Positions 38,880 to 50,015 of a stretch of 64,000 nucleotides of DNA are shown piece by piece. The stretch is from an uncultured Desulfobacter sp. (GTDB lineage: Bacteria > Desulfobacterota > Desulfobacteria > Desulfobacterales > Desulfobacteraceae), in the NCBI GenBank assembly GCA_963665095.1, contig OY762069.1, positions 2,304,001 to 2,368,000 on the forward strand, given 5' to 3'. The notes under the pieces were generated by a model. That model was not told where the DNA came from. It was given only the letters and a program-made list of their open reading frames with translations, and searched no databases. Within the stretch, counting starts at the first letter, position 1. Each line of letters starts with the position of its first letter. The position numbers and the translations under genes were made by a program.

Positions 38880-39950
38880 ATGACATCTGCAACTAAAAAA
38901 TTTTGTTTTCGACTGGCTGTCTTGTTGGGTCTTATAGGTCTGTTCCCCGTACCGGCTGCGGCAGACACTCCCGTTGAAGTGAAAGATTCCACGGGAAGAA
39001 CCCTTAAGATTGACAGGGTTCCGGAACGTATTGCCTGTCTCTATGCCTTCTGCGGCCATGTTGTGACCATGCTGGACAGAGGACCTGACATGGTGGCAAT
39101 CGTCAACGGACTTAAAAAAGATCTCCTGCTCAATCAGCTGGTTCCCACCATAGAAAAGATGACGGTGCCCTCCAAAGGGGGCATTATCAATATTGAGACA
39201 CTGATGAAAACCCGGCCGGACATTGTGTTTCTCAAACCGGAAACCGCCAACATTGATGCGGAGATAAAAAAACTGGACCGGTTTCACCTGCCCTGGTTTA
39301 CGGCCGGATACAATAACATGGCGGAGCAGATGACCATCATAGAGATGATGGGAAAGGCCATTGGGCGGTTTGAAAAGGCAAAAGCTTACACGGACTGGTA
39401 CCGGGATACCATTCGCCGGGTTAAGGAAAGGACAGACCAGATACCGAACAATGAACGGATCCGCCTGTACCATGCCGTGAACGAGGCAAACCGCACAGAT
39501 GGCCCCGGAACCCTTGAGGCGGACTGGACCCGGGCCTGCGGGGTGATCAACGTATCTGTGGGATCAGAAGCACTTAAAAAGAAGAGCAATAAATTTTTCA
39601 CCGATATTGAGCAGATCCTCTTATGGGGTCCGGAGGTGATCATTGTCAATGAAAACGGGATTGACCGGCAGATCCTGACAGATAAAAAATGGGCACCTGT
39701 CACGGCAGTAAAAAACAAAAAGGTTTACCCCATACCTGTGGGGATCTCCCGCTGGGGTCACCCGGGCGGACTTGAAACCCCTCTGGCTGTTTTATGGACG
39801 GCAAAAACCGTGTACCCCCAATACTTCACAGATATCGACCTTGAAAAAGAGGTGACGCATTTTTACAAACAGTTTTTCAATATGGATTTGAGCGGGCAGA
39901 TGGTCCAAAAAATACTTTCCGGCCAGGGTATGCGAAAACCTGCGACATAA
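38880..39950 (+). CDS. Periplasmic substrate-binding protein (metal-chelate class)
   Basis: Signal peptide, VKDSTGR, NIETLMKTRPD, IEQILLWGPE, AVKNKKVY. Confidence 0.9.
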   Translation: MTSATKKFCFRLAVLLGLIGLFPVPAAADTPVEVKDSTGRTLKIDRVPERIACLYAFCGHVVTMLDRGPDMVAIVNGLKKDLLLNQLVPTIEKMTVPSKGGIINIETLMKTRPDIVFLKPETANIDAEIKKLDRFHLPWFTAGYNNMAEQMTIIEMMGKAIGRFEKAKAYTDWYRDTIRRVKERTDQIPNNERIRLYHAVNEANRTDGPGTLEADWTRACGVINVSVGSEALKKKSNKFFTDIEQILLWGPEVIIVNENGIDRQILTDKKWAPVTAVKNKKVYPIPVGISRWGHPGGLETPLAVLWTAKTVYPQYFTDIDLEKEVTHFYKQFFNMDLSGQMVQKILSGQGMRKPAT

Positions 39951-40131
39951 TACCTGGTACTTGCAACATGCCTGAATCAAATTATTTTCAGGCAGCCCCC
40001 CTTTAAGTCGTCGAGAACTCTCATCAGGTCATCGGCCTGTTCATAGATGACATTCAGGCATGCCACCCAAACCCTGCCTGTCAGAAATGGTGCTTGTTTT
40101 TGCATGGCTTATCAGGACAAAAAATTACAGG

Positions 40132-42705
40132 TTACTCCCTGCCGTTCCTGGGCAGCCGTATGATAAACCGGGCGCCTTTGCCCGGACTTGATTCAACTGC
40201 CATTTCGCCGTTGTGGTTTTCTGTGACGATAAAATAGGAGACACTTAAGCCAAGCCCGGTTCCCACGCCTGCGGGTTTGGTGGTAAAAAAGGGATCAAAG
40301 ATATGCTTGCGGGTCTTTTCATCCATACCGGGCCCGTTATCCGCTATCTCCAAGCAGGCCATATCCCGGGACAGATCCATGTAGGTCCTTATGATGAAGT
40401 GGGAATCGGGGATTTCCGCCTCCTGCATGGCCTGGGCCCCATTGGCCAGAATGTTGAGTATGACCTGCTGAATTTTGCTGGCCTGGCAGGGCACCACAGG
40501 CAGCTTCTCATCATATTTCCGGATAATTTGAATCCGTTTAAAGTCATAGTTTTTTTTCAAGTCATAACCTGTGGCTGCAAGTTCAATGGTCTTATCCAGA
40601 ATTTCATTCAAATCATGGGAGGATACGGTCAAACTGTCTTTCCGGGCAAAGCTGAGCATATTGCTCACGATCTGGGATACCCGGTATCCGGATTCAATAA
40701 TGGCCTGAAGCATCCGCGGGATGCCCCTGGCCTCCATGAAGCGCCCAATGGCCTCAAGGCTGGTGCCGGCGTCCCGGGCTGCTTTCCGGGATGCCGGGAT
40801 ATCAAAATTTGCCGTAAGCCGCTGTGCCATCACCTGTGCGGTTTGGGTCATGCCGGCCAGGGGGTTGTTGATCTCATGGGCCATGCCTGCGGCAAGCCCT
40901 CCCACAGACAGCATCTTCTCACTTTGAATCATCATCTCCTCCATGCGGACCTGCTCGGTGACGTCATCCACCCGAATCACGGCACCTTCCACCCCATTGG
41001 CCACCAGGGGGAAAATGGTAATATCTTCATATCGGGTCTCATCCAGATCCTGGCGGGGCTTTTTTGAACTGCGAAGCACCCGGCTTTCCCTGATGGCCAC
41101 CTTGATGCGGTCCATCTCCTGTATCAGGCCGGGGAACACTTTTTCCAGGGGCTGGGAACAGGCTTTTTCGAAACAAATGCCTGTGACATGCTCGGCCTGG
41201 TGGTTCCACTGGGTCACCTTCCCCGCACTGTCCACCCCCACAAGGATCGAAGGCATGGAGTCAATGATGTTGGACAGATAGTTGCGCAGGCGGCGCAACT
41301 CCTCCGCATTCTGCCTTTGCCGGGAGATATCGCTCCCAACTCCTACGATTCCTATGACGCAGCCATCCGCGTCACGGAGGGGAGAGTAAGACTCCTTGAC
41401 CCAGATATCTGTTTCGCCGGGATCACTTATTCGGATTTCGATGCCGGTAACGGCCTGGCCGGCCATGGCTTTTTGCATATTATGTTCATGTGCGGTAGTT
41501 TTCAGATGAGGAAAAATCTGCCAGGGCGTTTTGCCGATCACCTCCTGCCTTGACCTGCCGGCTGTTTCTTCGAACTTTTTATTCACCAGCAGATAGGCAT
41601 ACCTCTGGTCATACACCCGAACGGATTCATCCATGGATTCCAGGATGTTTGTCAGCAGCGCCTGGTTTTCCCGAAGCGCTTTATCTGACTGTTTGCGCTC
41701 GGAGATATTCTGGACAAAGGCAATATAATATCGCTCAGTTTCGTATTCCAGAATATTGCTCGTGACCTCCACCGGGATCTGGGAGCTATTTTTTCGGATA
41801 TAAATGGTTTCGAACGTACGAATCCGGCCGAAATTCCTAAGCCTGCTCATGTCTTCAGTCAAGGTATCTGAACCAACAGATAAATCAATATCCGGGATTG
41901 ACAGCAGGCAAAGTTCCTCTGTCGTGTACCCCAGCATCTTTGCAGCATAAGGATTTGCACTGCGAATGGTTCCGTCCATGCGAATCTGAAAAATTCCCAT
42001 GTTGGCGTGATCAACACAAAACTGGGTAAGTCGCAGGGACGCTTCAGTTCGTGCTTTTTCAGCAATGAACCGTGCCTGCTGAAGGTTCTGATAAGCGGAT
42101 CTGGAAAGCTGGTTGGCAGCAAAAAATATTACCTGGGCCACGCTTTCAAATCTCTCCCGGGACATCTGGGGCACCCGGAGGTAGGCTGAATAGAACTGGG
42201 TTTCATCCAGGCCAAGATCACGGGCATAGGCCATGATCTGTTCTTCTTTCTGGGTTTCGTTTCGGACCTGGCCGATCAACCAGTTGGCGATATGACGCCC
42301 GCCAACCGTGATACTGGCCCCGGCATCCCACAACCCGGCACTCAGACACGGCTGCACAATCGGTCCTGCGGGATTATGCCTTCCGATTGCGGCATCCGAA
42401 AGCATGCAGTTTCGCTTTCCCTGCTCAGTCTTGCGGACAAACCGGCTGCACAGGTCTGTAAAATTACTTGGTTGGGTAATGGGTGTGCCGTCCGGACGGG
42501 TGATCAGGGCTGCCACGCCAAAAGCGTCAGCATACAAATCCTGAAGATGCTGGATATCAGACAGGTTGAACAGGTCCTCAAAACAGATACCTTCCATCTC
42601 CGGCAGCGGCCGGGTCAGGGCTGCCACCTGTTTTCGCATCTCCCTTATTTCATCAATCAGCTGTGATCTGTTTTTTTCCTCATCTTTCATTATCACTGTT
42701 TCCAA
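40132..42705 (-). CDS. Cytoplasmic PocR/multi-PAS histidine kinase
   Basis: PocR-like N-terminus with three Cys, three PAS-like segments, [25 protein letters not shown]; start may be 42690. Confidence 0.9.
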   Translation of the reverse strand: METVIMKDEEKNRSQLIDEIREMRKQVAALTRPLPEMEGICFEDLFNLSDIQHLQDLYADAFGVAALITRPDGTPITQPSNFTDLCSRFVRKTEQGKRNCMLSDAAIGRHNPAGPIVQPCLSAGLWDAGASITVGGRHIANWLIGQVRNETQKEEQIMAYARDLGLDETQFYSAYLRVPQMSRERFESVAQVIFFAANQLSRSAYQNLQQARFIAEKARTEASLRLTQFCVDHANMGIFQIRMDGTIRSANPYAAKMLGYTTEELCLLSIPDIDLSVGSDTLTEDMSRLRNFGRIRTFETIYIRKNSSQIPVEVTSNILEYETERYYIAFVQNISERKQSDKALRENQALLTNILESMDESVRVYDQRYAYLLVNKKFEETAGRSRQEVIGKTPWQIFPHLKTTAHEHNMQKAMAGQAVTGIEIRISDPGETDIWVKESYSPLRDADGCVIGIVGVGSDISRQRQNAEELRRLRNYLSNIIDSMPSILVGVDSAGKVTQWNHQAEHVTGICFEKACSQPLEKVFPGLIQEMDRIKVAIRESRVLRSSKKPRQDLDETRYEDITIFPLVANGVEGAVIRVDDVTEQVRMEEMMIQSEKMLSVGGLAAGMAHEINNPLAGMTQTAQVMAQRLTANFDIPASRKAARDAGTSLEAIGRFMEARGIPRMLQAIIESGYRVSQIVSNMLSFARKDSLTVSSHDLNEILDKTIELAATGYDLKKNYDFKRIQIIRKYDEKLPVVPCQASKIQQVILNILANGAQAMQEAEIPDSHFIIRTYMDLSRDMACLEIADNGPGMDEKTRKHIFDPFFTTKPAGVGTGLGLSVSYFIVTENHNGEMAVESSPGKGARFIIRLPRNGRE

Positions 42706-42711
42706 CGATGA

Positions 42712-44838
42712 TTATAAATTGGGGCCACTGCCTTTCTCGCCCTGGCCCATTCCTTCCCGAATGGCCAGAGCCAGGGTCTGTATCAGCACGGGCTTTTCAA
42801 GATATCGGAAAATTCCCATTTCAACAGCATCCTTTTCAGTAAATGTTTCGTGATATCCTGTGCAAAGAATAATAGGAATATCCTTTCTGACGGAAAATAT
42901 TTTTTCCGATAAAGCCCTGCCGTCCATATTGGGCATACTCATATCGGTAACCACCAGATCAAAAGCATCAGGGTCTTTCGCAAACGCCTTAAATGCGGAT
43001 ATGCTGTCTGTAAAATCGGATACGGTATATCCCATGGTGCCCAGAATCTGCCGGGTGGAATCCAGAATGCCCTGTTCATCATCCACAAGCAGAATCCGTT
43101 CCGTGCCCCCCAGCGTATCTATGCCAAATTTTGTTTCTACGGTTTGGTCAAAAGAGGAGGTTAATATCGGAAAGAGGACGGTAATCACGGTTCCCTTGCC
43201 CACTTCACTGTGAATCTTTACCAGTCCGTTATGTTTTTTTACAATACTGTTGACCACGGCCAGGCCCAGCCCCGTTCCCTGGGAGACCTCCTTGGTGGTA
43301 AAATAGGGGTCAAAAACCCGGTTGAGATTTTTTTCTTCAATGCCGCACCCGGTATCTGTTATCTCCAAAGCAAGATACTCACCAAAAGGACACCCCTCTT
43401 CCAGATCCTCCAAGGACGGCTGTTTATTCATTAATGATACAGACAGCGTGCCACCGGTATCTCTCATGGCATGATAGGCATTGGTGCAAAGATTCATCAC
43501 CACCTGATGAATCTGGGTGGCGTCGGCCACAACCATATCTTTGGATGCTATGTTTTCAATGATATGTATGGTTGAAGGAATGGAGGACCGAAGGAACTTA
43601 ACCGCTTCTTGCACCACCAGATAAAGTGCCTGGGGCTTTTTTTCAGACTCAGCCTGCCGGCTGAACGTCAGAATCTGGGAGACAATGTCACCGGCCCGTA
43701 ATGCCCCTTTCATAACCTGATCAATATTTTTACGGGCCTTTTCATTGCTGCCAAGTTCCATTTTGGCCAGTTCCGCATACCCGATAATACCGGAAAGGAT
43801 GTTGTTAAAATCGTGGGCAATACCTCCTGCCAGAGTTCCGATGGCTTCCATTTTCTGGGCCTGCTGGAGCTGAACTTCCTTTTTCCTGGACTCCTGAAAT
43901 GCTTTGATGGCCCGTATGATCTCGCAGCAGTAGGACGAAAGGATGGCACCGATCTCCTTATCCTGATCCGCAAAGGGGGGCAAATTTTTTTTATGAAGCG
44001 TGATAATACCGATGGAAGAGCTTGCGCTTTCCCTTATCGGGAAGACAAGAAAGGACCCGTTTGAATCCCCCTGCCACCCCGAGGGCAGATTAATTTTCTC
44101 CACTTCAATGTCCCGGACAAGAAACGGCTGATCCTGGGCCAGCACTGTGTTAAAAATACCATCTTCCCGTAACGGGAAAGGAATAAACTCCGGTCCGTGT
44201 CCGGAAATCAGTGAATGCACAAGGTGCAGCCCGTCTTCTTCGAGCAGATAGAGGCTGCCGTCGGTGGCTGACATATGTGCGGCAAACTCTTCAAGCACCT
44301 TTGCGCCGAAATGTGCCATTTCAACGAAACCGTGCAGCCGCCGTGTGGTTTCCACAATCCTATGCAGCCGGGCATTGATCCTGGATAAATCTGTATTGGC
44401 GGTTTCAAGTTCACGGGTTCTTTTCCGGACCATGGTTTCCAGATTTTCCTGATACGCCTTGTTCTCCTTTATCAGTCTTGCCTTTTCAAGCGCCTGATTG
44501 ACCGAATGTGCCAGTACGCTGAAATTCTGTATGGGCTTTTCCAGATAATCCCAGGCACCATAGCGCAGGGCTTTTACCACATCCTCAATACGGTTGGCCC
44601 CGGAGATCACGATAACGGGAAGATCCGGTATGATCCGCCTTCCCTGCTCAAGGACATTGAGCCCGTCCATCTCCGGCATCCTTAAATCCAGCAGGACAAG
44701 ATCCGGTTTTTCACCGGCGATGAACTCTAACCCCTGCCGGCCGTTTTCAGCTGTTATCACATCAAATCCGTTGTCTTCCAGATAATCGGCAAGGCTTTGC
44801 CGGATATGCTTTTCATCATCAATAACAAGTACTTTCAA
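42712..44838 (-). CDS. Hybrid kinase: receiver-GAF-HisKA-HATPase-receiver
   Basis: IDDE/DLRMP receiver, AHDFNN, GTGLGL, C-terminal VDDE/DMSMP receiver. Confidence 0.92.
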   Translation of the reverse strand: MKVLVIDDEKHIRQSLADYLEDNGFDVITAENGRQGLEFIAGEKPDLVLLDLRMPEMDGLNVLEQGRRIIPDLPVIVISGANRIEDVVKALRYGAWDYLEKPIQNFSVLAHSVNQALEKARLIKENKAYQENLETMVRKRTRELETANTDLSRINARLHRIVETTRRLHGFVEMAHFGAKVLEEFAAHMSATDGSLYLLEEDGLHLVHSLISGHGPEFIPFPLREDGIFNTVLAQDQPFLVRDIEVEKINLPSGWQGDSNGSFLVFPIRESASSSIGIITLHKKNLPPFADQDKEIGAILSSYCCEIIRAIKAFQESRKKEVQLQQAQKMEAIGTLAGGIAHDFNNILSGIIGYAELAKMELGSNEKARKNIDQVMKGALRAGDIVSQILTFSRQAESEKKPQALYLVVQEAVKFLRSSIPSTIHIIENIASKDMVVADATQIHQVVMNLCTNAYHAMRDTGGTLSVSLMNKQPSLEDLEEGCPFGEYLALEITDTGCGIEEKNLNRVFDPYFTTKEVSQGTGLGLAVVNSIVKKHNGLVKIHSEVGKGTVITVLFPILTSSFDQTVETKFGIDTLGGTERILLVDDEQGILDSTRQILGTMGYTVSDFTDSISAFKAFAKDPDAFDLVVTDMSMPNMDGRALSEKIFSVRKDIPIILCTGYHETFTEKDAVEMGIFRYLEKPVLIQTLALAIREGMGQGEKGSGPNL

Positions 44839-47800
44839 TTTTGGACTCCCTGTGTTCCCTTATGTTCCAGTGGCAGCCGTATAATGAAATTAGACCCTTT
44901 TCCCGGCGATGAGCTCACGTCCATGGTACCACCATGATTCTGTGTAACGATAAAATAGGAGACGGATAACCCGAGCCCTGTGCCAATACCCACGGGTTTG
45001 GTGGTAAAGAACGGCTCAAAAATCCGTGACTGGGTCTTACTGTCCATTCCAGGGCCGTTATCCTCAATCTCTATACGCAGCATGTTTTCTTCTCTGGCCA
45101 GCCGTAAACTAAAGCAGGGCTGATACCTTTTGCCCATATCCTGCAACTGCATGGCCTGGGCCCCGTTGCGCAGAATGTTGAGCAGCACCTGCTGAATTTT
45201 CACCCCTTCGCAGGCTATCATGGGCAGATTGTGTTCATACTCTTTTATAATTTTAATATTTTTAAAGTCATACTGTCGTTTCAAGTCATAGTCTGTGGCG
45301 GCAAGTTCAAGTATCCTGTCCAGCAGCTGAGCCGGATCATGGCTTGAAAATGCAGCATTGGATTTCCTGGCAAAACTGAGCATATTATCAACGATTTCCG
45401 CTGCGCGCCATCCAGACTCGGTGATGGCGGTCAGCATCCTGAGAACGCCTCTTTTGTGCATAAACGACCGAATCTGGTCAAGGCGGAGACCCACTTCACG
45501 GGCGGCATCCAGATTGGCCCGCATTTCCAGATTTTCCAGCCGTGATTTCATCACATTGGCAGTCTGTATCATACCGGCCAGCGGATTGTTAATCTCGTGG
45601 GCCATGCCGGCGGCCAGCCCCCCAACGGAGAGCATTTTTTCACTTTGCACCATCATCTCCTCGAGCCGCACCTGCTCTGTCACATCATCAATCCGGATCA
45701 CCGCACCGTCCACGCCATTGGTGACCAACGGGTAGATTGTCACAGTTTCAAAACGGTTTTCCTGCCCGGTTTTACAAGCGACCTTGGGCACACTGATCAC
45801 CCGGCGCTCCCGGATCGAGATATTGATACGCGCCATTTCACCTGCCAGCCGGGGGTAGACCTGCCTCAAAGGCCTGCCGAAGGCATCTTTGAACATCACC
45901 CCTGTGATCTTCTCAGCCCGGTTGTTCCACTGGGTGATGTTCCCGTCCTTATCCACGGCCACAAGCATGGAGGGCATGGAGTTGATGATATTTGTCAAAA
46001 AATTGCGCAGCCGGCCCAGCTCTTCTTCATCCTGTTTCTGCCGGGTAATATCAGTTTGGGTGCCGATGAAACGAAGCGCTTTGCCCTGGTCATCCCGGCT
46101 GACAATTTTCCCTTTTGCCTGAACCCACATATAACTGTTGTTTTTCCGCAGGAACCTGAACTCGGCCTTATAGCTGTCCTGCCCCCCGGCCAGGTATTGA
46201 TCAATAATTGAATAAACGTCTTTCAGATCATCTGCGTGTATCCGGGATCGCCACTCCTCCAGTGTTTCCGGGAATTCGCCGGGCTCATACCCGGCCAGGG
46301 TATAAAACCGGTTATCGAAAAAGACCTGTTTCTGTTCAATATGCCAGTCCCATATCCCCTCGTTGGCCCCGGAAAGCGCTAAGTCCAGGCGCTGTTCATT
46401 CTCTTTCAGGGCCAGCTCCATCTCTTTACGTTCGGAAATATCCTGGACAAAGGCCACAGAGAACTCCTGGTCTTCAAAGGTCATCATGCGGCTGGTCACT
46501 TGAATGGGGCAAATCCGGCCGTCTTTTCGCTGATGCAGGCTTTCAATCACACTGGTCCCGGTTTCACGTAGATAATCAAGGGATTCTTCCAACAGGTTGG
46601 TCTTTGCATTAAGATCAAAATCAGAGACTGCCATACGGCACAGCTCGTCCCGGGTGTATCCGAGGCTTTTACACCCCTGTTCATTCACATCGACAATGTC
46701 ACCATTGTTCCCAATCCGCCAGATGCCGATGGGTGCCTTGTCTATGATAAACCGGGCCTGCCGCATGGATGCCTCCATCTCCATTTGCCGGGTGATGTCC
46801 CAGAAAATGCCTAAAACACCAAACACCTCGCCTTTATCATCCCATACCGGAGTCTTGACGGTCTGAACAATGATCTTTTTCCCGTTTTTCAGATAGGATT
46901 CCTTGATCTCCTCAGGGCCCCGGGCCTGAAGAATTCTTTGGTCATCGGCCCGATATTTTGCCGCCAGCTCCTCCGGATAGAGATCAAAATCGTTCTTCCC
47001 GACAATCTCCTCTTCGGTCATGTTGACATCACCGGCAAAATGCCGGTTGCATGAAATGAACGCAAAGTTTCTGTCCTTAAGAAAAATTCGTTGGGGAAGG
47101 TTATTCACCAGGGTTTTATATTTTGATTCATTTTCACGAAGTTTGTGATTCAGTTGCGACATTTCCAGAACTTTGGTCTTAATTTCTGCAGCCATGGCAT
47201 TAAAGGCCCAGGCCAGTTCGCCGATTTCGTCCTTGGCCCGGACAGGGACGGTCACATCAAACCGGCCTTCCTTAATCCCCTTCATGGCATTTATCAGATG
47301 GCTGATGGGATGTAAAATAACGGAATTCAGACCCGAAATACCTGTGACGATGACCAGAAAGGGCACAAGAAAAAGAAACAGCACAGTCATTGTCAGGCTG
47401 AGCTGACTGACTTCTTGCAGTTTTTGATTTGCAGATAAAAGCTTGGACTCCACCTTTGTCACAACCGTATCTAGCGCGGTTTCATTTACAGCCTGATCAA
47501 AATTGTTCTTTGCCTGCAGAATCTGTGAGTCAAAATGCGACAGCCTCTGCCTGGATTCAATAATCAGCCGGTCCAGGGCGTTGACCCGGCCAAAAAGTTC
47601 AGCAAACAGGTCGGCTATACTGCCATCCGGATCCATCAGCCTGAGCTGTGATGAGATAACCTGCTGATTTTTCATCACCATGTGCCTGGCATTGTCTGAA
47701 AACTCTTTGGATATCAACACATTAAGCGCAACCAGGGTTAACTGGTTCAAACTTTTTAAAACATACGGTGCCAGTGTATTCTGCTCTAAAACATTATCTC

Positions 47801-48251
47801 CCAGGATCTGATCCAGCTGGACAATGGCCAGCCTGGTTGCAATCTTTTTATCCAGCTGCCGGTAAATCCGGTTTATCGTCTCTCTTGTTTCCCTGAAGTC
47901 CTGTTCAATTCTTGTGGACGCCTGTTCTTTGACCGCAATCACCTCAACCAGCTGCCGCCCTGATTTTGCCAGGATTTCATATCCGGGCAGCGCATGGCCA
48001 AAAGGCAATTTGAACCGCTCCAAACTCTTTGGCGGAACATGTTCCTGGGCAACGATATCGGCAATCAGACCGATCATGTTGTTTTTCCACTTTATGGAAG
48101 CCTGAATACCGGCCAAATCCTGATTCACCTTATCCCTGGCCCTCAAATTGGAATTCACTTCATGGTGAATCCGGACACTCATCACCGCGAGCACCACAAA
48201 CACTAAAAAAAAGAGTGCGCCTGAGATAAAAATTTTATTTTTAATCGTCAC
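44835..48251 (-). CDS. Membrane HAMP/multi-PAS histidine kinase
   Basis: Two TM helices, HAMP DEIGELAWAFNAM, several PAS segments, AHEINNPL; start moved to GTG just after the upstream gene's stop. Confidence 0.9.
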   Translation of the reverse strand: MTIKNKIFISGALFFLVFVVLAVMSVRIHHEVNSNLRARDKVNQDLAGIQASIKWKNNMIGLIADIVAQEHVPPKSLERFKLPFGHALPGYEILAKSGRQLVEVIAVKEQASTRIEQDFRETRETINRIYRQLDKKIATRLAIVQLDQILGDNVLEQNTLAPYVLKSLNQLTLVALNVLISKEFSDNARHMVMKNQQVISSQLRLMDPDGSIADLFAELFGRVNALDRLIIESRQRLSHFDSQILQAKNNFDQAVNETALDTVVTKVESKLLSANQKLQEVSQLSLTMTVLFLFLVPFLVIVTGISGLNSVILHPISHLINAMKGIKEGRFDVTVPVRAKDEIGELAWAFNAMAAEIKTKVLEMSQLNHKLRENESKYKTLVNNLPQRIFLKDRNFAFISCNRHFAGDVNMTEEEIVGKNDFDLYPEELAAKYRADDQRILQARGPEEIKESYLKNGKKIIVQTVKTPVWDDKGEVFGVLGIFWDITRQMEMEASMRQARFIIDKAPIGIWRIGNNGDIVDVNEQGCKSLGYTRDELCRMAVSDFDLNAKTNLLEESLDYLRETGTSVIESLHQRKDGRICPIQVTSRMMTFEDQEFSVAFVQDISERKEMELALKENEQRLDLALSGANEGIWDWHIEQKQVFFDNRFYTLAGYEPGEFPETLEEWRSRIHADDLKDVYSIIDQYLAGGQDSYKAEFRFLRKNNSYMWVQAKGKIVSRDDQGKALRFIGTQTDITRQKQDEEELGRLRNFLTNIINSMPSMLVAVDKDGNITQWNNRAEKITGVMFKDAFGRPLRQVYPRLAGEMARINISIRERRVISVPKVACKTGQENRFETVTIYPLVTNGVDGAVIRIDDVTEQVRLEEMMVQSEKMLSVGGLAAGMAHEINNPLAGMIQTANVMKSRLENLEMRANLDAAREVGLRLDQIRSFMHKRGVLRMLTAITESGWRAAEIVDNMLSFARKSNAAFSSHDPAQLLDRILELAATDYDLKRQYDFKNIKIIKEYEHNLPMIACEGVKIQQVLLNILRNGAQAMQLQDMGKRYQPCFSLRLAREENMLRIEIEDNGPGMDSKTQSRIFEPFFTTKPVGIGTGLGLSVSYFIVTQNHGGTMDVSSSPGKGSNFIIRLPLEHKGTQGVQN

Positions 48252-48255
48252 CCTG

Positions 48256-48786
48256 TCAATCCTTATCGTATGTCTTCTTCCAGAACCCGCATCCCACCCA
48301 GGCTTTACGCCCATCTTTCAGGGTAATGCCTTTTATGTATGAACACTTTGTCTGAAGGGTATTTGTATATGGATTCAGCCAGTCATACTCAATCCAGCCC
48401 TGGCCTTCTCTTTCAATCACCTGGGCCATTTCATGGAACAGCAGTCTGCCGGCCGGCGTTCTCAGATGCCACATATTCTTTCCCACAAGTTTGGGGCGAA
48501 CCGCCTGTCCGCAGCAGATCGCCTCTTTTTTCTCAATGTTATAACAGTGCATGAAAACATAGAGCTTTTCATCACGATCGAAAAATTCCGGATGGGTTTG
48601 CAGCGCGAACTGCACAGCGGCCATATCGTCGGAATGGCCATCAACAAACGCATGGGCGGCCTCCACTATCTCCCTGGTTTTTGCAGCAACCGCTGGAAGC
48701 GGCTTGTCCGGATGGGCGGCCGCCATGGGCGATAGATCTATAACTATCCAAAATATAAGAAAAAAAATCGTAATTAAACTATTCAT
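48256..48786 (-). CDS. Stand-alone exported single Cache domain protein
   Basis: Signal peptide, LYVF, PKLVGKN, GWIEYDWLNP, VGCGFW. Confidence 0.8.
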   Translation of the reverse strand: MNSLITIFFLIFWIVIDLSPMAAAHPDKPLPAVAAKTREIVEAAHAFVDGHSDDMAAVQFALQTHPEFFDRDEKLYVFMHCYNIEKKEAICCGQAVRPKLVGKNMWHLRTPAGRLLFHEMAQVIEREGQGWIEYDWLNPYTNTLQTKCSYIKGITLKDGRKAWVGCGFWKKTYDKD

Positions 48787-48966
48787 ACGTCACCTGTTCC
48801 CCACTTGCACATAAATTGGAAATGCCTGGGCTTGCTCGGTGTTTTAAGACCGGTTAAGGGATGAATTAAATTCTACCAAGAAGGGAAAATGAAGTAAAGC
48901 TTTGGAAAATTCCGAGAAGACGTCAGCAACGCAATTTGAAATAAAGCGTTACCACACACCTGAACA

Positions 48967-48994
48967 TTGACACCACCCCCGGACATGATAGGAT
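48967..48994 (+). promoter_or_regulatory. Putative sigma70 promoter
   Basis: TTGACA-16 bp-TAGGAT with extended -10 TG. Confidence 0.45.
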
Positions 48995-49028
48995 GCTTGA
49001 AATTTTTCACACAAAGAGGATATGGCAG

Positions 49029-50015
49029 ATGACCCAAGATACCGTGTTTTTTCCTTCCGGTCCCGAAAAAATCGTTGTCATGAATTCCCCGCCCGGCATT
49101 GCAGGTCTGTTTGTCAAAATAATCTGCCTCTCCCTGGTACGACCGGTAACACTATCCCCTGGGGCAACTCTTGAAAACGTATGTTTCCTTCACCCCGGGG
49201 TTAAGATAGCCAAGGACAGGGTCCATGCATTTAACAAGGTGTGCGGATATGAGACCGGCACCGTGCCTGCAGGATTTATCCAGTCCCTGTTTATTGGGAT
49301 GATATCCCGTTATATCTCCTCATCCTTTTTCCCTGTCAGCCCTCTGGGACTGATCCAGATCGCCCAGAGTTTTGAGCTGATCCAGCCGGTACAGCCCGCC
49401 CAAAGCCTGGATCTTTTCTGCCGGCTGCTTGACATGACCCGAACAGAAAAGGGGCTTTCCTCGCGATTCCTCATGGAGGCGGCCCTGGCTGGCCACAGGC
49501 CTGAAACCATGGCTTTTGCACCGCCAGAAGAAAAAAATATCATCTGGCAGGGCATCGCCACCTATCTGACCCGGTCCAAAACCAAGGGCGCCCCAAAAAG
49601 AAGAAGCCCACGGGAGGATATGCCGCTACCCATCATGGAAACCATTGACGTGCCTGAAAATACCGGCCGGCGGTATGCAGCCGTATCCAGGGACATCAAC
49701 CCCCACCATCTGTATGCCTGGTCAGCCCGGCTCATAGGATTTAAACAACCCATTGCCCACGGCATCTGGAGCATGGCCAGGGCTGGCGCAAGCCTTGAAA
49801 ATGCCGCAGGATTTCCGGCTATGACCGGGATGGAAGCCCACCTCAAGCTGCCGATTTTCATGCCTGCCAACATTACTTTAGGATATGCCCTGACACAAAA
49901 GGATGCAGTCTTTGAACTACGGGACAAAGCCACGGGTGTGCCACACCTCACAGGCCGGTTCCATTATTCCCACACTGGCAGGCTGCCGAACATCGTTGAG
50001 GATAAGACTAAATAA
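49029..50015 (+). CDS. MaoC-like double hot-dog dehydratase
   Basis: YAAVSRDINPHH, IAHGIWS, KLPIFMP; AGAGGA RBS before ATG 49029. Confidence 0.85.
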   Translation: MTQDTVFFPSGPEKIVVMNSPPGIAGLFVKIICLSLVRPVTLSPGATLENVCFLHPGVKIAKDRVHAFNKVCGYETGTVPAGFIQSLFIGMISRYISSSFFPVSPLGLIQIAQSFELIQPVQPAQSLDLFCRLLDMTRTEKGLSSRFLMEAALAGHRPETMAFAPPEEKNIIWQGIATYLTRSKTKGAPKRRSPREDMPLPIMETIDVPENTGRRYAAVSRDINPHHLYAWSARLIGFKQPIAHGIWSMARAGASLENAAGFPAMTGMEAHLKLPIFMPANITLGYALTQKDAVFELRDKATGVPHLTGRFHYSHTGRLPNIVEDKTK

